64,000 bases of DNA from assembly GCA_030248215.1 (NCBI GenBank), contig JASANG010002859.1, positions 372,001-436,000 of the forward strand. The letters are read 5' to 3'. The notes under the pieces were generated by a model that ran no database searches, was not told the origin of the DNA, and was given only the letters and a program-made list of their open reading frames with translations. The translations under genes and the position numbers were made by a program. The stretch comes from Enoplolaimus lenunculus (lineage: Eukaryota). Positions 50,105 through 63,767 of the stretch are shown here, one piece after another; the first letter of the stretch is position 1; the number at the start of each line of letters is the position of its first letter.

Positions 50105-51702
50105 AACATTTTTATCAAATGCTAAACATTTTTAGCGATCGAAACAGCTGAGTGCTCACAGCTGTTTTTTACCCAATTGAAACTAAAATATTGAACACTT
50201 GGGGACTGGCACTGAAACTGAACGAGCGCCACTGATCAGCTGTGAAAACAGTTTTCTAGCCAACCCGGTTGTGGTACGATTAAAAACTGTCACCAGGATT
50301 CGGGTTTTGTATAGGCATTTGAGAGTTGATTTAGACGAAACTGTTTCAAAGTTTTGGTTTCCTTTTACTACATTTTGTCTGTTTTACCAGACGTTTCGTC
50401 ATTTGTTTATAAAGTGCGTGGTTAACAAAATCGGGCCAGTGTTACTTTTAGCGGCGTAACAGTGTAATCTAGAATCGAAACCCACTCTTTTATAGACAGA
50501 CCAGAAATCTTTACGCCCCTTAAAGTAACATGGGCCCAAAATCGAACGAAAGTTCACAATCGGGTTGGAAGCGCAGTTGTTATGAAGATGATCACTAGCG
50601 GATCCACCAGATGGGAAGGAGTGGATGTATGTCCACCCCTAGAAGTTTTTCGTGATAAAATGGTAAGATCTCTTCAAACCAAACAATTTTTCCCGTCAGA
50701 AAATTATGTAGCGATAAAATGATAATGTCTCTTCGTTATAATTATTTTGCTGTCAATGGCACAAATATATTTATGTAGCATACAGTAAAAATTGCGTTTC
50801 ATAACATTTGCACCGCCTGCACCCCGTCAAAAATTTGTGTATTCATCTCTGGATATGAGGTGTACTTTATAGTTGTAAAATTAACATTTTTTCCGTTAAA
50901 TATGTCAGGTTTGTTGCTAGTCAAACTCAAGCAACAAAACAATTATTCAGGTTGCATTGACGAGCGATGTAGCCGATCGAAACGGGGCACATACGCGGCC
51001 ATGGGGGCGTTCAGTACAAAACTATTATAGGAAGGGCTTGATTTTGAAAATTTTAGCGGCCAGCGTCGTACCATATTTTGTTCGCTGGCATATTTTCAAC
51101 GTCCAAGCTTCATATTTGTCCCCTGCGGTATTTCAATTCTTGGCATATTTTTCTGCTTTGCCTTTGAATAGGGCAAAACCCAATTTCCACACAGTGGACC
51201 CAGAAACCAGAGATTGTGAACTTTGTACCTGGAACCAGAAAACGATGTGTACCTGATCGGTAAGCGCAATCATAGATTAGACTCCAAGCGATGAGTATAC
51301 TTAAAAAGTTTTCGGGTTTTATGGTTCTGAACGCTTTTGTTTACGATTCTTTAACTCTTAGTTCTCATAGTAGGTTCCTGAGACTGAGAAAGAGTATATT
51401 TCGGAGCGTAAAAGAAACATGCAAAGACAACTTGCTTTTATGTATTTTTGTCATTAATGTTCAGTTTAAACCAATGAAATTAACTGAATCGATTCAAAGA
51501 AAGTAAAGTAATGTTCGAAACTGATACACGTTTGTGTTTAACTTTTAAGCGAAAATTTTTCAGTTTACTATCTTTAATAATACTGCATTGGTCTGGTTCG
51601 TCTTTGTCTGGTTTGAACTATTGTACCATATAAACAGGTGTCAAATCAACCAATCGACTCAACTTGATTTCGGTTTACGACGCTACTTGAAATATTACCG
51701 TA

Positions 51703-52131
51703 CTGTAGTGACACCGAATAAGACGGTGGTAATAAGTGGGGGTGCCTATTTTATGTCCCAATCAATAGGAGTCCGTATCACTAATAAGAGACTGTAAGCG
51801 GACGGATGTAGTCCCTAAACTCTAATTACGGTCTTAAATGTCAATTATTCCAAATTGTAGTGCATTAATTGCTCCAGCTCCAAATACAGTTGAGTTCTCA
51901 ACATTGATGCATACTTAGTTTTGAAAGTACATTCTGAAGCATACCTTGCATTATTGCTCAAGGTTTTGATACATGACAAATAAATGTTTAATTCAACGGA
52001 TAGTTGCAATACCGAATATAAATCAGTAATGAAAGGCGGGTTAAAAAAGCAGTCCATTAGCGGGTAACAGGGGGATATTCTCCAGAGAGGCCAAATAAAT
52101 ATAAGTCCCCCTATTATTCGGTTTACTACAG
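51703..52131. mobile_element. Tc1/mariner-type MITE
   Basis: TA-flanked family TIRs. Confidence 0.82.
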
Positions 52132-52777
52132 TAGCCAAACGCACTGAAATTCTTGTGGACTAAGTTTTAGCAGACAAAAAATTACAAATTTCAAAGATAA
52201 GCCATGCTATCCTGAGTATAGTCGAAAAATAATATTTTCAAAGTGGTAAGAGTCCCAAAATATAGCAAGGAAGAAAATATTGCAAGGGATCAAAACGGAA
52301 GGGGAGAATATGGCACGACGCCTGTCTTGCTGTACTCCTAATTGCTGTGTATAAACAGGTTAAATTAAGTGTGTTTGTGTACAATTTGTATCAACGTCAA
52401 ACGTACGATTCCAATTCAATCCACAGACAGGGTAAAATGTTTCAATGTGTAAAATTTTTCAGCTGACCTTCATTTTGGGACCCATTCGCGCAGACAGATC
52501 TTAGGGATCAACCTGGCATCGGACCTTCAAGTCCATCACGAAGCAAAATCAAGATTTTATATTAAGGTTAAACACTAAAAATAGCGTTCAGCATTTTCGC
52601 TCGCTTCATTCGCCAGTTTATTCCGCGATTACATATCGCATAGTGTGCTCTTTTGACAAATTTCACATAAACTCGTGCGTATACAGTTCCACGACTAGGA
52701 CGCCTTCATACTTGGATATCAATTCAAGTTGGAATGCTTGATCTCAAAAGGTCATGGCAATTACAGTTAAAATGAGT

Positions 52778-52981
52778 GGTCCATGTAAACATCAGGGGCG
52801 GAACGTTTTTCTGTGGGAATGCAATAGAGTAAACTTAAGCTTTAGACTAATTTTTGCTTGGCTTAGGCTTGGCTTAAGCTTAGAAATAAACTCATTCCTA
52901 CGCTTAGGCTAGGCTTAGGCTTAGGCTTCGGCTTAGCAATATGCTTATAATACTGTTCCACTCATGTTCTTTACATCGGCC
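52778..52981. mobile_element. TTAGGC-MITE subfamily B
   Basis: TSD aaatgagt/aaataagt. Confidence 0.85.
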
Positions 52982-54261
52982 AAATAAGTTGACAATTTCC
53001 AATCTTACGTAAGCCAAACTTTAAGCGAAAGTTGAAAACGTTATGATTATCCGGTGTCTTAGCTACTCGATTTATTGTCAAATAGTTGAGTTACATTAAA
53101 ATATCGGTTTACTAATTTACAGTGACACCTGTAACCGTTCGCGAGTTCCAAAACCTATTAGTACCTGGTGATAGGTGGTACACCCCGGTGACAATACGGC
53201 TTCAGAACTTAATAAAAATAGTGAAATTTATTCTACAAATATACATCCACTTATATATAATACGCAAGGTTTAAAAATTTTGAAACAAGAACGGTAATTA
53301 AGAGCCTACATTTGAACGCGTATTTTAGTAGGCTCTGGATTAAAAACAAAACCAATCCAGGCAGGTGCCACGTTTATTACAGTTTCTTTTTTGGCCAAAC
53401 CATATTTTATTGGGTTTCGCCATTTTAAACCTATATTTTATATTCAAAAACGTTTCCGACTATTTAGTTTCAACTGAACGTGTCGTTAAAAATTTGTATT
53501 TAATAGATTTTTTTATTGTTTCTGGTATATGCAGTTATCATTTATAGCAGGAGATACGGGAAGTATGTCCATGTGAAGGTTGGGGAACAATTTGAAATAG
53601 ATATTTTAAAAGCTGTACGGTGTACCTGCGCCGAGATCAATGAAAGTTTTGTCACTCGCTACGCTTTCTTGCAAAAACCTTTTGAATACAGTTAACCTCT
53701 CCCGACAAGAAATCCTCGTTTCAACGCCGGGCAGCATTTCCGTTCGCCCAAATCGTATTCTATCGTAAAATATTGTTCAAGCTAAGGCTTTATAGTGATT
53801 AATATTCTGATACTTTGAAGGGCATAACAGTAGTATAAACATATTCCTACGTTGAAACCGAAGCCTAAGCCTAAGCCTCAGCGTAAGTTGAAGTCTATGA
53901 CTAATCCTAAGCCTAAACCTAAGCAAAATAAAAGTTAGTCCACAACTTAAGCTTCCGCTCGCTCAAAATATACGCCGATATTTTAATAGCAGATACTAAA
54001 GTTTTTCTGAAAACAATCACATTTCGAGTTTTGTCAGCCGTAAGCAGTTACTTTGTACACTAAGTGATTTTAACTTTATAAATCATTGTCACTTCTTATT
54101 TAGTTGAGTATAATTATTAATAGTTTGCTTGTAGTTTGGCTAAATGAAACAACGGCAGGGACGTACGGATAAGCGTGACGGAAACGCTGATATCTTTCAA
54201 TTCGGTTCCCTTTTTTGGCAGGTGTAGGCACTGACTATGTTGAATAATCGTTAGTAGTTTG

Positions 54262-54685
54262 GGCCAATGTAACGAACTGGGGCGGAACAGTATTATAAGC
54301 ATATTCTTAAGCCTAAGCCTAAGCTTAAGCATAAGCCTAAGCGTATGGGTGAGCATATTCCTAAGCCTAAGAGCATATTCCTAAGCCTAAGCCTAAGCCT
54401 AAGCCTAAGCCAAAGTGTAAGAATGAGCATATTCCTAAGCCTAAGCCTAAGCCTAAGCCTAAGCCAAAGTGTAAGAATGAGCATATTCCTAAGCCTAAGC
54501 CTAAGCCTAAGCCAAAGTGTAAGAATGAGCATATTCCTAAGCCTAAGCCTAAGCCTAAGCCAAAGTGTAAGAATGAGCATATTCCTAAACCTGAGCCAAT
54601 GCGAAAAATTAGTCTAAAGCTTTATTAAGCTTACTCTATTACAGTCCCACAGAAAAACGTTCCGCCCCTGATCTTTACATGGGTC
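54262..54685. mobile_element. TTAGGC-MITE subfamily B with a recently amplified internal module
   Basis: TSD gtagtttg/gtaatttg; four identical GCCAAAGTGTAAGAATGAGCATATTC spacers. Confidence 0.9.
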
Positions 54686-55117
54686 GTAATTTGCCAAGTT
54701 TTAGAACGAATTAATTAGTCATTTTCGGGTTGATTTTAGTCATTTTTTCATTTCTGGCCTGCACAGATTCAAATCCGTCGGAATGCAGCTGAACAATGAA
54801 TTCCATTGCAGTGGCAGGGTGATTACATTAGTTCCTTTTTATGTAGAGTCCAGTTTAACTGAAGGCAAACGCACAAAAACCATTGTACCTTTCAGATTCG
54901 TAAGAATTTCTATTTTTCAAACGAAATTAATTGTATCCGTTTAGTTTCACATCCGGTCGAAATAGAGGTTGTGTTTAATGAAATATGCCAGAGAAATGTT
55001 CATTGGTCGTATATTTTGTCGTAACAATACCTTGATTAGAAAACAAAAATTACGGCTTAAAATAAGCACAGTAGCAGTATTTAACCAGATATTTGAAAAA
55101 TTTTCGTTTGCAAAATG

Positions 55118-55378
55118 GGCTAATGTATAGAACAGGATCGAGCAGTGGTATAAGCATATTCCTAAGCCTAAGCCTAAGCCTAAGCGTAAGAATGAGCTTA
55201 CAACACGACCGTAACAGTGGCTTAAGCATATTCCTAAGCCTAAGCCTAAGAGTAAGAATGAGTTTATACTTAAACCTAAACATGTGGCTAAGCACAAGCA
55301 AACAATTAGTTTAAAGCTTAATGTTAATCTATTGTAGTCTCGCAGAACAACGTTCCGCCCCTGATCTTTACATGGGCT
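55118..55378. mobile_element. TTAGGC-MITE (A-like left arm, B-like right arm)
   Basis: TSD gcaaaatg/gcgaaatg. Confidence 0.8.
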
Positions 55379-55538
55379 GCGAAATGCAAGAGATGATACC
55401 AAATGTTATACTCCATTTTACTATATTTATAGTTTGTTTGTGAGCGTATCCATTTAATTATGAATACTATGCGGCAGGGTGTAAACGAATAGTAAAAATA
55501 ACGGAAACAAAAAACGAATATAGAGGTACACAAATTTA

Positions 55539-55692
55539 GGCTCATGTTACTTTTAGGGCCGTCCCGGTTCCTGGTAGGTCTGTAAAAGAGTAGGCTTACG
55601 TTCTAGACTACATTTTTTGCTTAGGCTTAGGCTTAGGCTTAAGCTTAGGAATACGTTCCTCTACTATTACGGCCATAAAAGTAACATTGGCC
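55539..55692. mobile_element. TTAGGC-MITE subfamily C
   Basis: GGCTCATGTTACTTTT ... AAAAGTAACATTGGCC. Confidence 0.78.
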
Positions 55693-56738
55693 AAAATTTC
55701 AAAGATGTTTTATTCTTCAGCCAACGCAATACAGTCGTGCAAATATTCACGGGGCGTTCTAAAATTTTTCAAGACAAAATTGCGGATCCGACGAAATTTT
55801 TAAGACTCCTATTTTTACCTGAAACGAATATCCGGTAACACTCTGCTACGCAGGGTTCTAAGAAAAACTGTTGCAGAAAAACTTCCACAGTCTACAGGAT
55901 AAAGGCCCATCGTAAATGAACGATATAATATCACCCCCATTCTTATTGGTCGCTGTTAAATTGCAAAATCACTTATTTATTGCCCGAACCTATAATTCCA
56001 AACCAGAATTTTAGCGTTAATCTAAAAGCTTGAGCGGCAAACGCGAACCGTTTGCTTCTGCGCCCGTTCTATTATGTTAAATTTGAGGGAAGTGCAAACC
56101 AACATCAGCAACTGCTTTTGTGCAATATTGCAAAACTAAACGCAACCAACTGATTGCAGTCAAATGAACGGTTGCACAAACCATCGTATTTTGCACCGTC
56201 TCAAAAACAAACTGCAAAAACGCGTTTACAAAAATTAACTGAAAATATTTAAGAGCATTTTTGAACAGCCATTTTTCAGCTTTTGCTACTATTTTAGTGG
56301 CTTTGGTTTGTGACAAATTTTACAGGATTTAAACAATCAAACCCTCAGTGTGCAATAATTGATTGAGAGTGAAAACTATTGTTCTATTGCTCGTATATTC
56401 TCAAATGTGTATAGCATCTATTACCAGTTGACGATTGGAAGCTGTGTATTAGAAAACGATGAGCGATGAAGTTGAAAAATTTAGCAAATTTTTTTGACTT
56501 GAATGAATTACTCCAAGAAAGCTAAAACAATGAATAATTTATTTAGCATTTTTTTGCAAAATGTTGTCATTAAATTCTGCCAGTGCTAGTAGTGCTTTAG
56601 TAACCAGTCAAAGCTTAAGCTTCCAAACTCCGTGTAAGCCTTGTGAGCTGGTGTAAAAACTCGACTCATGAGAAGTAAACGTGTAGCTTGGGGCTTGCCA
56701 CCAATTGGTGTGAAACTTTACAATCCATCCAGTACCTA

Positions 56739-56938
56739 CACTGCAAAAAATGGTGAGTCAAATTGATTCTCTCCGAAATAGGCTTTACCTAACTGCACAA
56801 ACTGAGTCAAAATTCGACTCCGCCAGAGCCAAATTCGACTCAATTTGACTCTGGCGGAGTCTAATTTTGACTCAGTTTGTGTAGTCCGAAAAAGCCTATT
56901 TCGGAAAGAGTCAATTTGACTTACCATTTATTGCAGTG
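56739..56938. mobile_element. CACTG-family MITE
   Basis: TA-flanked long TIRs. Confidence 0.85.
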
Positions 56939-57044
56939 TAGGCGTGTCTTTCAGTATATAATAATTGTTGTTGGCCTGAAACACACGGCTTGCACATGTT
57001 TTCACACAAACATCTTGTCAAGACAAATAATATCCAATATGACA

Positions 57045-57316
57045 TCATTGACATATAAACGATGACGTGTGACTTTAATTAAGACTTCGATTTAGTGTTT
57101 ATCATCGGTAGCGAGGTGGCCGGGGGAGCCGGTGGGCCATGTCCCCTAATGCAGTATGCTCTGGATAGCGCAATTAGGCCCATTGACATATAAATGATGA
57201 CGTATGACTTTAATTAAGACTTCGATTTAGTGTTTACCATCGGTATCGAGGTGGCCGGGGGAGCCGGTGGTCCATGTCCCCTAATGCAGTGTGCTCTGGA
57301 TAGCGCAATCAGGCCG
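57045..57316. repeat. Tandem duplication, about 136-bp unit x2
   Basis: CATTGACATATAAA...GGATAGCGCAAT(T/C)AGGCC at 57045 and 57181. Confidence 0.9.
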
Positions 57317-57546
57317 TATGCGCTGAGAGGGCAATGTGGCCGGGTTCGATGGCGTGCGCGATGAGACTGAAAGGAGAGTCGAAAATTATACTTTCTGTGT
57401 TTTACAATTTGGCAATTTTTACGGCTAGCAGTCCTGTATCTTGTTATTGAGGCTAATGCATAGTGTAGATTGGTTCTCGCTCGCATCGCTCGCGAAGTTT
57501 CATTCACCCTGCCGTTTCTGTTTTGCTTCCAAACATTTTACACTTA

Positions 57547-57984
57547 CTGTAGTGTCCCGAATAAGAGAGGGGGTAATAAGAGGGGATCCTCATTTTGAGT
57601 CCCAATCAATAGGAATCCGCATTCCTAATAAGAGTCCGCAATGGACAGAGTCCCTAAACCCTAGAGTCCATAAATGTCAATTATCCCTAATTGTAGTGCA
57701 CAAATGAGTCCAGGACCGAATAAAGTTCAGTTCAAAAGTTTAAAGCATACTTAGTTTTGAAAATACATTCCTAAGTATAATCTTGCTTTATCGCTCAAGT
57801 TATTGATACAAGACAAATAAATGTTTAATTCAACGAATAATTGCGACACCGGATATATATCGGTAACAAAGGGCGCCGGAGAGTGGGTTAAAACAAATAT
57901 CAGTCTATAACCGAATAACAGAGAAGGTACCCTCTCGAGAGGCCAAATAATTATCAGTCCCCCCTCTTATTCGGGCCACTACAG
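57547..57984. mobile_element. Tc1/mariner-type MITE
   Basis: TA-flanked family TIRs. Confidence 0.85.
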
Positions 57985-58137
57985 TAATACGGTTATATGT
58001 GATCCCAAAGGTGCCACACAAAACTAAAAACTCTACGTCAGGATTGAAATACATTTAGTGCGAAAAGTGCATCAAAGTTCTTGTTCGCTTCGCTAGGGAG
58101 CTAAACTTGAATATTCCTATTGTATATGTATTGCGAC

Positions 58138-58527
58138 CAGGGTGCAATCGGAATTTTATAATACCGGAACCGGAAAGTGAAAAAATACGGGAACCAGAGC
58201 CGGAACCGGAAAACAAAATATACTTGTTACCGAAAAATTTATGTTTGATATTTTTCGCTTTTAATGTCGTAAGCACACCATTTAGAATGCCACAAATCTT
58301 GAAACAAATGCATGAGCGCTACGCGTATGAAAAATTATGTAGTATAGCAAAAATTGAAAATTTTGGCAGTACACGCTCAGACAATTTCTGAAATATAAGT
58401 TAGAATAATATGAAAATTTGTCTTAAATTTCCGAATGAGACAAATTTTCAATGCCGAAAATACCGTCAAATTCCGGCGAAAAAATACTGGATTTTCCTTC
58501 CGGAACCAGAATTCCGGTTGCATCCTG
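58138..58527. mobile_element. hAT-type MITE (CCGGAACCGGAA subterminal motifs)
   Basis: CAGGGTGCAATCGGAAT ... ATTCCGGTTGCATCCTG. Confidence 0.7.
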
Positions 58528-58670
58528 ATCCTTGACTGGACTGACAATAAACCTTGTATTAAGACTTAGTGCTACAATTGTGTTTGGTTTCCTGCTCGTA
58601 ATATTGATTCGCTTTAGTTATCAAAAGCGTGAAGTAATTGACCGCATTTCAAAAAAATCTAAACTTCAAA

Positions 58671-58919
58671 ATCCCATGTAAACATCAGGAGCGGAACGTT
58701 TTTCTGTGGGACTGCAATAGAATAAGCTTAAGCTTTAGACTATTTTTTAGCATGGCTTAGGCTTCGGCTTAGGCTTAGGCTTAGACATATGCCCATTCTT
58801 ACGCTTAGGCTCAGGCTTATGCTTAACCTTAGAAATACGCTCATTCTTACGCCTAGGCTTAGGCTTAGGCTTAGGAATATGCTAATAATACTGTTCCGCC
58901 CGTGTTCTTTACACTGGCC
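58671..58919. mobile_element. TTAGGC-MITE subfamily B
   Basis: TSD acttcaaa/acttcaat. Confidence 0.85.
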
Positions 58920-59464
58920 ACTTCAATGAAGAAACTGTCAACTATACTCAACGAACCCCGTGGTATTGCCATGTTAGCTATGTAATTTTAAAACATCACC
59001 AATACGGTATTCTTTATAAAGTGTAAGTACCTTAAGATTAATTGTTGTTCATGGTTAGTTTTTATTCGCCTTATATTGGTGTTTTATTTAGCCTAAAAGC
59101 CTCAAAACCAACAAGTCTACCTTAAGATTTAGACATAAACTATATCAATGAGCAATTGATACAGATTTACTACCCGTATACACGCCTTTGATATTAATAA
59201 TCGAACCTAACAATGAATAGTATTAAATTACAAACGGTACAAAAGCACAAGCTCGTTTTATATGCTGGCTTAAAGGGTTTTAGTTCTATGTCTTAAATCA
59301 AATTTGTGAATATTTCCAGTCACCGTGTATCTAGGCACCTAATCTATAAAGCATATTTTCGATATTACGACGTTTTGTGCTGCCCTGTGTGCTCTTTTTA
59401 CTACAGGTTTCTAAATTTTCAGGTATTGCGATAATTTTAGGCTTTGGCAATGCTTATGATAGTC

Positions 59465-59722
59465 GACCACTGTAAAGATCAGGGTCAGAACGTTTTTTCT
59501 GTGGGACTGCAATAGAGTAAACTTAAGCTTTAGACTAATTTTTTAGCTTGTCTTAGGTTTAGGCTTAGGCTTAGGCTTACGTATATGCTCATTCTTACGC
59601 TTAGGCGTAGGCATAGGCTTAGGTTTAGGAATATGCACATTCTTACAGCTTGGCTTAGGCTTAGGCTTGTGCTTTAGGAATAGGGTTATAATACTGTTCC
59701 GCCCCTGTTCTTTACATTGGCC
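59465..59722. mobile_element. TTAGGC-MITE subfamily B
   Basis: Perfect TSD TGATAGTC. Confidence 0.9.
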
Positions 59723-60284
59723 TGATAGTCTTAAGCTTGTTGGTTGGACAGTTTACAATTGTTTTGTATTTGCTACATTTGAAGGGTTTGATGTGAATCA
59801 GTCCAAAATTACAATTGTCGTGGATTGTTTTGTATCATGAGAATCTATGTTTAATATCAATAATATGACATTTAAAACCTGAATATTTGAATTTGATTTT
59901 AAATAAGATTTATGTATCTTTTAAATATTCCGTCGTTATCATAGATAGTTCTGGTTTAATTCTGATGAGAGATGAGATACTTAATTTGGCCAATGTTACT
60001 TTAAAAGGCATTGCAATAATAAAGCATATGCCTAAGCCTCAGCTTAAGCCTAAACCTTAACCTCAGCGTAAGGATACGCCTATAACTAAAACATAAGGCT
60101 GACGCTAAGCATTAATAACTCAGAGCTTAACCTTAGCCCAAGCAAAAAAATTAGTCAAAAGCTTAAGATTACTTTATTAACAGCGAAAATATGGTGCACC
60201 CGTCAACGTTACCTGAACCATTAATAGTCTCGCTATACGCTATCTCAAGGCTTGCACTACGTTCTAGCCGAAGTACGAATGTGC

Positions 60285-60694
60285 CAGGGTTCCATCGGAA
60301 TTCCGATTCCGTCTAAAATTACTGCAAACTTTGACTGCCGATTGCGATTCCGGCTGACTGCTGTTCCGATGCCGGATTTCTGATTTTCGGTTATGCGTTT
60401 TTAAGATGACTGAACTAAGATTTTGCTTGTTTCCTTTTGTTTCGTTCATTTACAATTATTCTGTTGGTTTTTTCTTAGTAAATATTCCGAGTTGTTACGT
60501 ATATTCCGTCAGCTATATAAACAATTTTTGATGAAACCGTGAACAGTAACGGAAACAGGCATACTGTAACAAAAGTTAAAAGTCATACAACTTTAACTTT
60601 TTATTATAATTATTCCGATTCCGGTTCCGACAGAAAAATTTGATTCCGATTCCGCTTCCGCTTCCGACAAAATCAAGTTCCGGTTGGAACCCTG
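60285..60694. mobile_element. hAT-type MITE
   Basis: CAGGGTTCCA ... TGGAACCCTG; TSD gaatgtgc/gaatgtac. Confidence 0.85.
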
Positions 60695-63303
60695 GAATGT
60701 ACTAATTTTGCAAAATGGATCCGGATGTATTATATCCGCCGGCTTGATTTTAGTATTACAGCACGTTTTGATGAACCAATTTCGTACTTCAATATCAGCT
60801 TTCACGGTAAACATTTCACCAAACTAAACCAACAAGTTTGTTTTAAGGTTTTGGTCAAACAATTTACTAAAGTATTGGCAAATTCAATGTATCAACCCCT
60901 CCTGGTGAATCTCAGGGGATGTCCATGCCACCGGTGCTCCTAAAATAGGATTTCATACTTTACCTCACTAATTAACATTTCAAAGTCTGTTTTATGATTT
61001 TATTAAAATTGCGTTTGGTTTCTCGCTCGGTTATAGAATTTGCATTGCAGTATTTTCGTCGATTTCCCCGTCAAAAGCTCCTGAATCGGCGATACTGCAA
61101 ACAAAACCTTGGTCAAACGATTCAATGACGGTAAAACGGTCGTTGGTCAACTCGCAAACTTTAATTACGACTAATTGCACGCTGATATCAGATATACTCA
61201 GCGGCGTCATGCACGAGATAGGCACCGAAATGTATTTTTTTAATCCGTTTACAATAACAAAATACTGCGAAAAATGTTGCGAACAAAACTGAAACCGCGG
61301 TAATCGCGGGCGCGTTTGTGTTACTGTTGGTCAAACACATTGGTGCACTGCTCTTTGACCATTCAAAGCCTGTTAATCAAAGCTGTCTTGACATACATTA
61401 TATGGAAGCGTCTGACTTCGGGGTTCTGGTTGTGAAGCTAAGACAATTATTTGTGTTAGACCCTTAGACTTAGTTTCGTGCTAAACCTTATGCTACGGTT
61501 TAGGGTTGCGCTATACTCGACGTCCGATGTCGTCCGTCGTCGTGTGTCACTCGTACGGCGCCGTTCGTCACCATACATTATCGTACGTGAGTTATTTGCG
61601 TACGATACCGCACGGTGACGGAAGGTGCCACACAGTGGCGGACGTCTCCGTACGGGTGACGGACGGCACCGGACGAGTACGCACGTCAACAAAAGTATCA
61701 ACCAACATTGATGCTTAGAAATACGCTTACTTTGGTAATTTTACCTGACTACGCCCTTAGAGTAACTTTGGACGAAAATTTTACAGGAACCAGTTATAGG
61801 CGGCGGTACATGACAAACTTTAATCAAGACACAATTTCACCCCTGCTGCTTGTAAAAGGGTTCATAAATTTCTGAAATCTGATATTAAGATGACAATCGT
61901 AAAACTAGAAATTTTTCAAAAATTTAAATTTGTGTGAAAATTTGTTACTGAATCTTGCTCCTGAGGATGCGAAATCCGTTGCTTTTGAAATAAAAACTAT
62001 TTTGCAGCAAAAATGACTATTTTGCGGAAAAAATGCAGCAAAGGAATATTAATGAAAAAGACCTTACACATATTTATTATCTCTAAGGTACACCCTAACT
62101 TTGTGTGCTTGTGTGGTATAGCAGATGGCTCACGTAGGCACCATGGCACATAAATGTATAACTTCGAGGGAGTATACACGAGACCAAACGATGGCGTAAA
62201 AGCATTGCCTTGAACGATTTGCTCAACAATAAAAAAATACTTGTAACAGGGTATTATCAGCCTGTCATGGTTTTAGTTGTGTCAAATAAATTATTCATCA
62301 GCGGTGCCGAGGGACAATGCATTCTAGTATTTGTGATCTTGTACATTTTGGTACAACTTCAATTTCAGGCTTTAGGAAGATCAAAACTTGTCGCTGAATA
62401 CTGTATTTGTATTACAGATTTTAGTTTGTATATATCGTTGGTTAAGCATTTTAGATGTTCACGTTTTTGCTTTTCATTATACTGTTTCCAACTAAAAATA
62501 TTAGCTCAGAAATTGCCAGAGTGCAACCGATACAGGTCCATCGTGTAGCTTTGGCACCAAATCGACCTTTTGCTGTGATTACGGTAGATTTTGAGTAGTG
62601 AAATTTTTCTTTATTTTTATAAAACCTGTGTCGTTCAGGAATATTATTAGTAACTTTGGAGCAATTTTTGAAGTTTCAGTTGCGCAGAGGCGTCGTATAA
62701 AATAAACTTCAAAACAACATTTTTTACTGCAGTTTACAGATGTTTTGTTCAAATTACCAAATTTAGACGTTAAATTTTAACTGTCTTATTTTGGTTCAGT
62801 CTTGAATTTTGATCTTCGACTATTTTGCAATGGTTTCGCTGACTGCGAAATGTCTATTAAATTATCGTTGATATAAGCGCAAAAGATTTTGAACAAGTAA
62901 TAGATTTTTTAAGGAATTCGCTCGGGTGCTGGCATTTACTCTGTCTCTATTGCCACTATTAGGAGCTGCTTGTTAATATATCCAAATTGAACGGTTTTAA
63001 GTTTATTTTGGTTTTCAAAGTAAAAATATATCGGTAATTCGGGGTAACCAGACAGTTTAAAAAATAGACCAGTTTGAAATTAGGTTCAGTGTTCCGCATT
63101 ACTTACTTTGGTTATAATCAAATGTTTGTATGAATTCGACAGTACCGGTATATATTTGTTTGTGTCATAAGTAAACTGTTATTATATTTCAGCATTATAT
63201 ATTTAGAGTTGTTATAGACAAATCTGTTTTAGGTTAACTACGATTATACGATTAATCACCGTAAACTGGGACATTTAAGAACCAATATTCAGGATGTCTA
63301 TGT

Positions 63304-63767
63304 CAGAGTGGGGCATTACCCGCGGGTACCCGCGGGTAAACGCGGGTCTGGTGAAGAATTTCAGGCGTGGGTGTACCCGCGGGTAAAGATTTTTCTATCA
63401 TGTGGGTAAAAAAAGTCACAGTTTTGCCCCGAGGCAAACTTTTAAGTTTAAAGGCGGAAAACCTACGCTATTGTCTGCTTTATTTCTGATCAGGCGCTGC
63501 CCGGGCTCTATTGAGTTGGTTTTGAAATTTTGTGGTGTCTAGTACGTTTTCTTGTGCAATATTCATTGGAGCTGTAAAACGCAAAACTTCATTAAAGTGA
63601 AAATCACCTGCAATCTTTAAAAAATACTGACTTAACTTCAGGTTTGGGTGAAAGGTGGGTAGTAACGAAGATGTTTTTTACGCGGGTATACCCGGGGGTA
63701 AGAAATTATTGTTTGCGCGGATAAAGCGCGGGTCGGGTAAAAAAATCCTTTCCCTCATCCCACTCTG
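63304..63767. mobile_element. hAT-type MITE with TACCCGCGGGTA palindromes
   Basis: CAGAGTGGG ... CCCACTCTG; TSD gtctatgt/atctatgt. Confidence 0.85.

Noticed and set aside
54345..54600. Repeat-spacer alternation resembling a CRISPR array
   Set aside because: The spacers are identical rather than unique, the repeats are hexamer runs, the context is eukaryotic and no cas genes are present.
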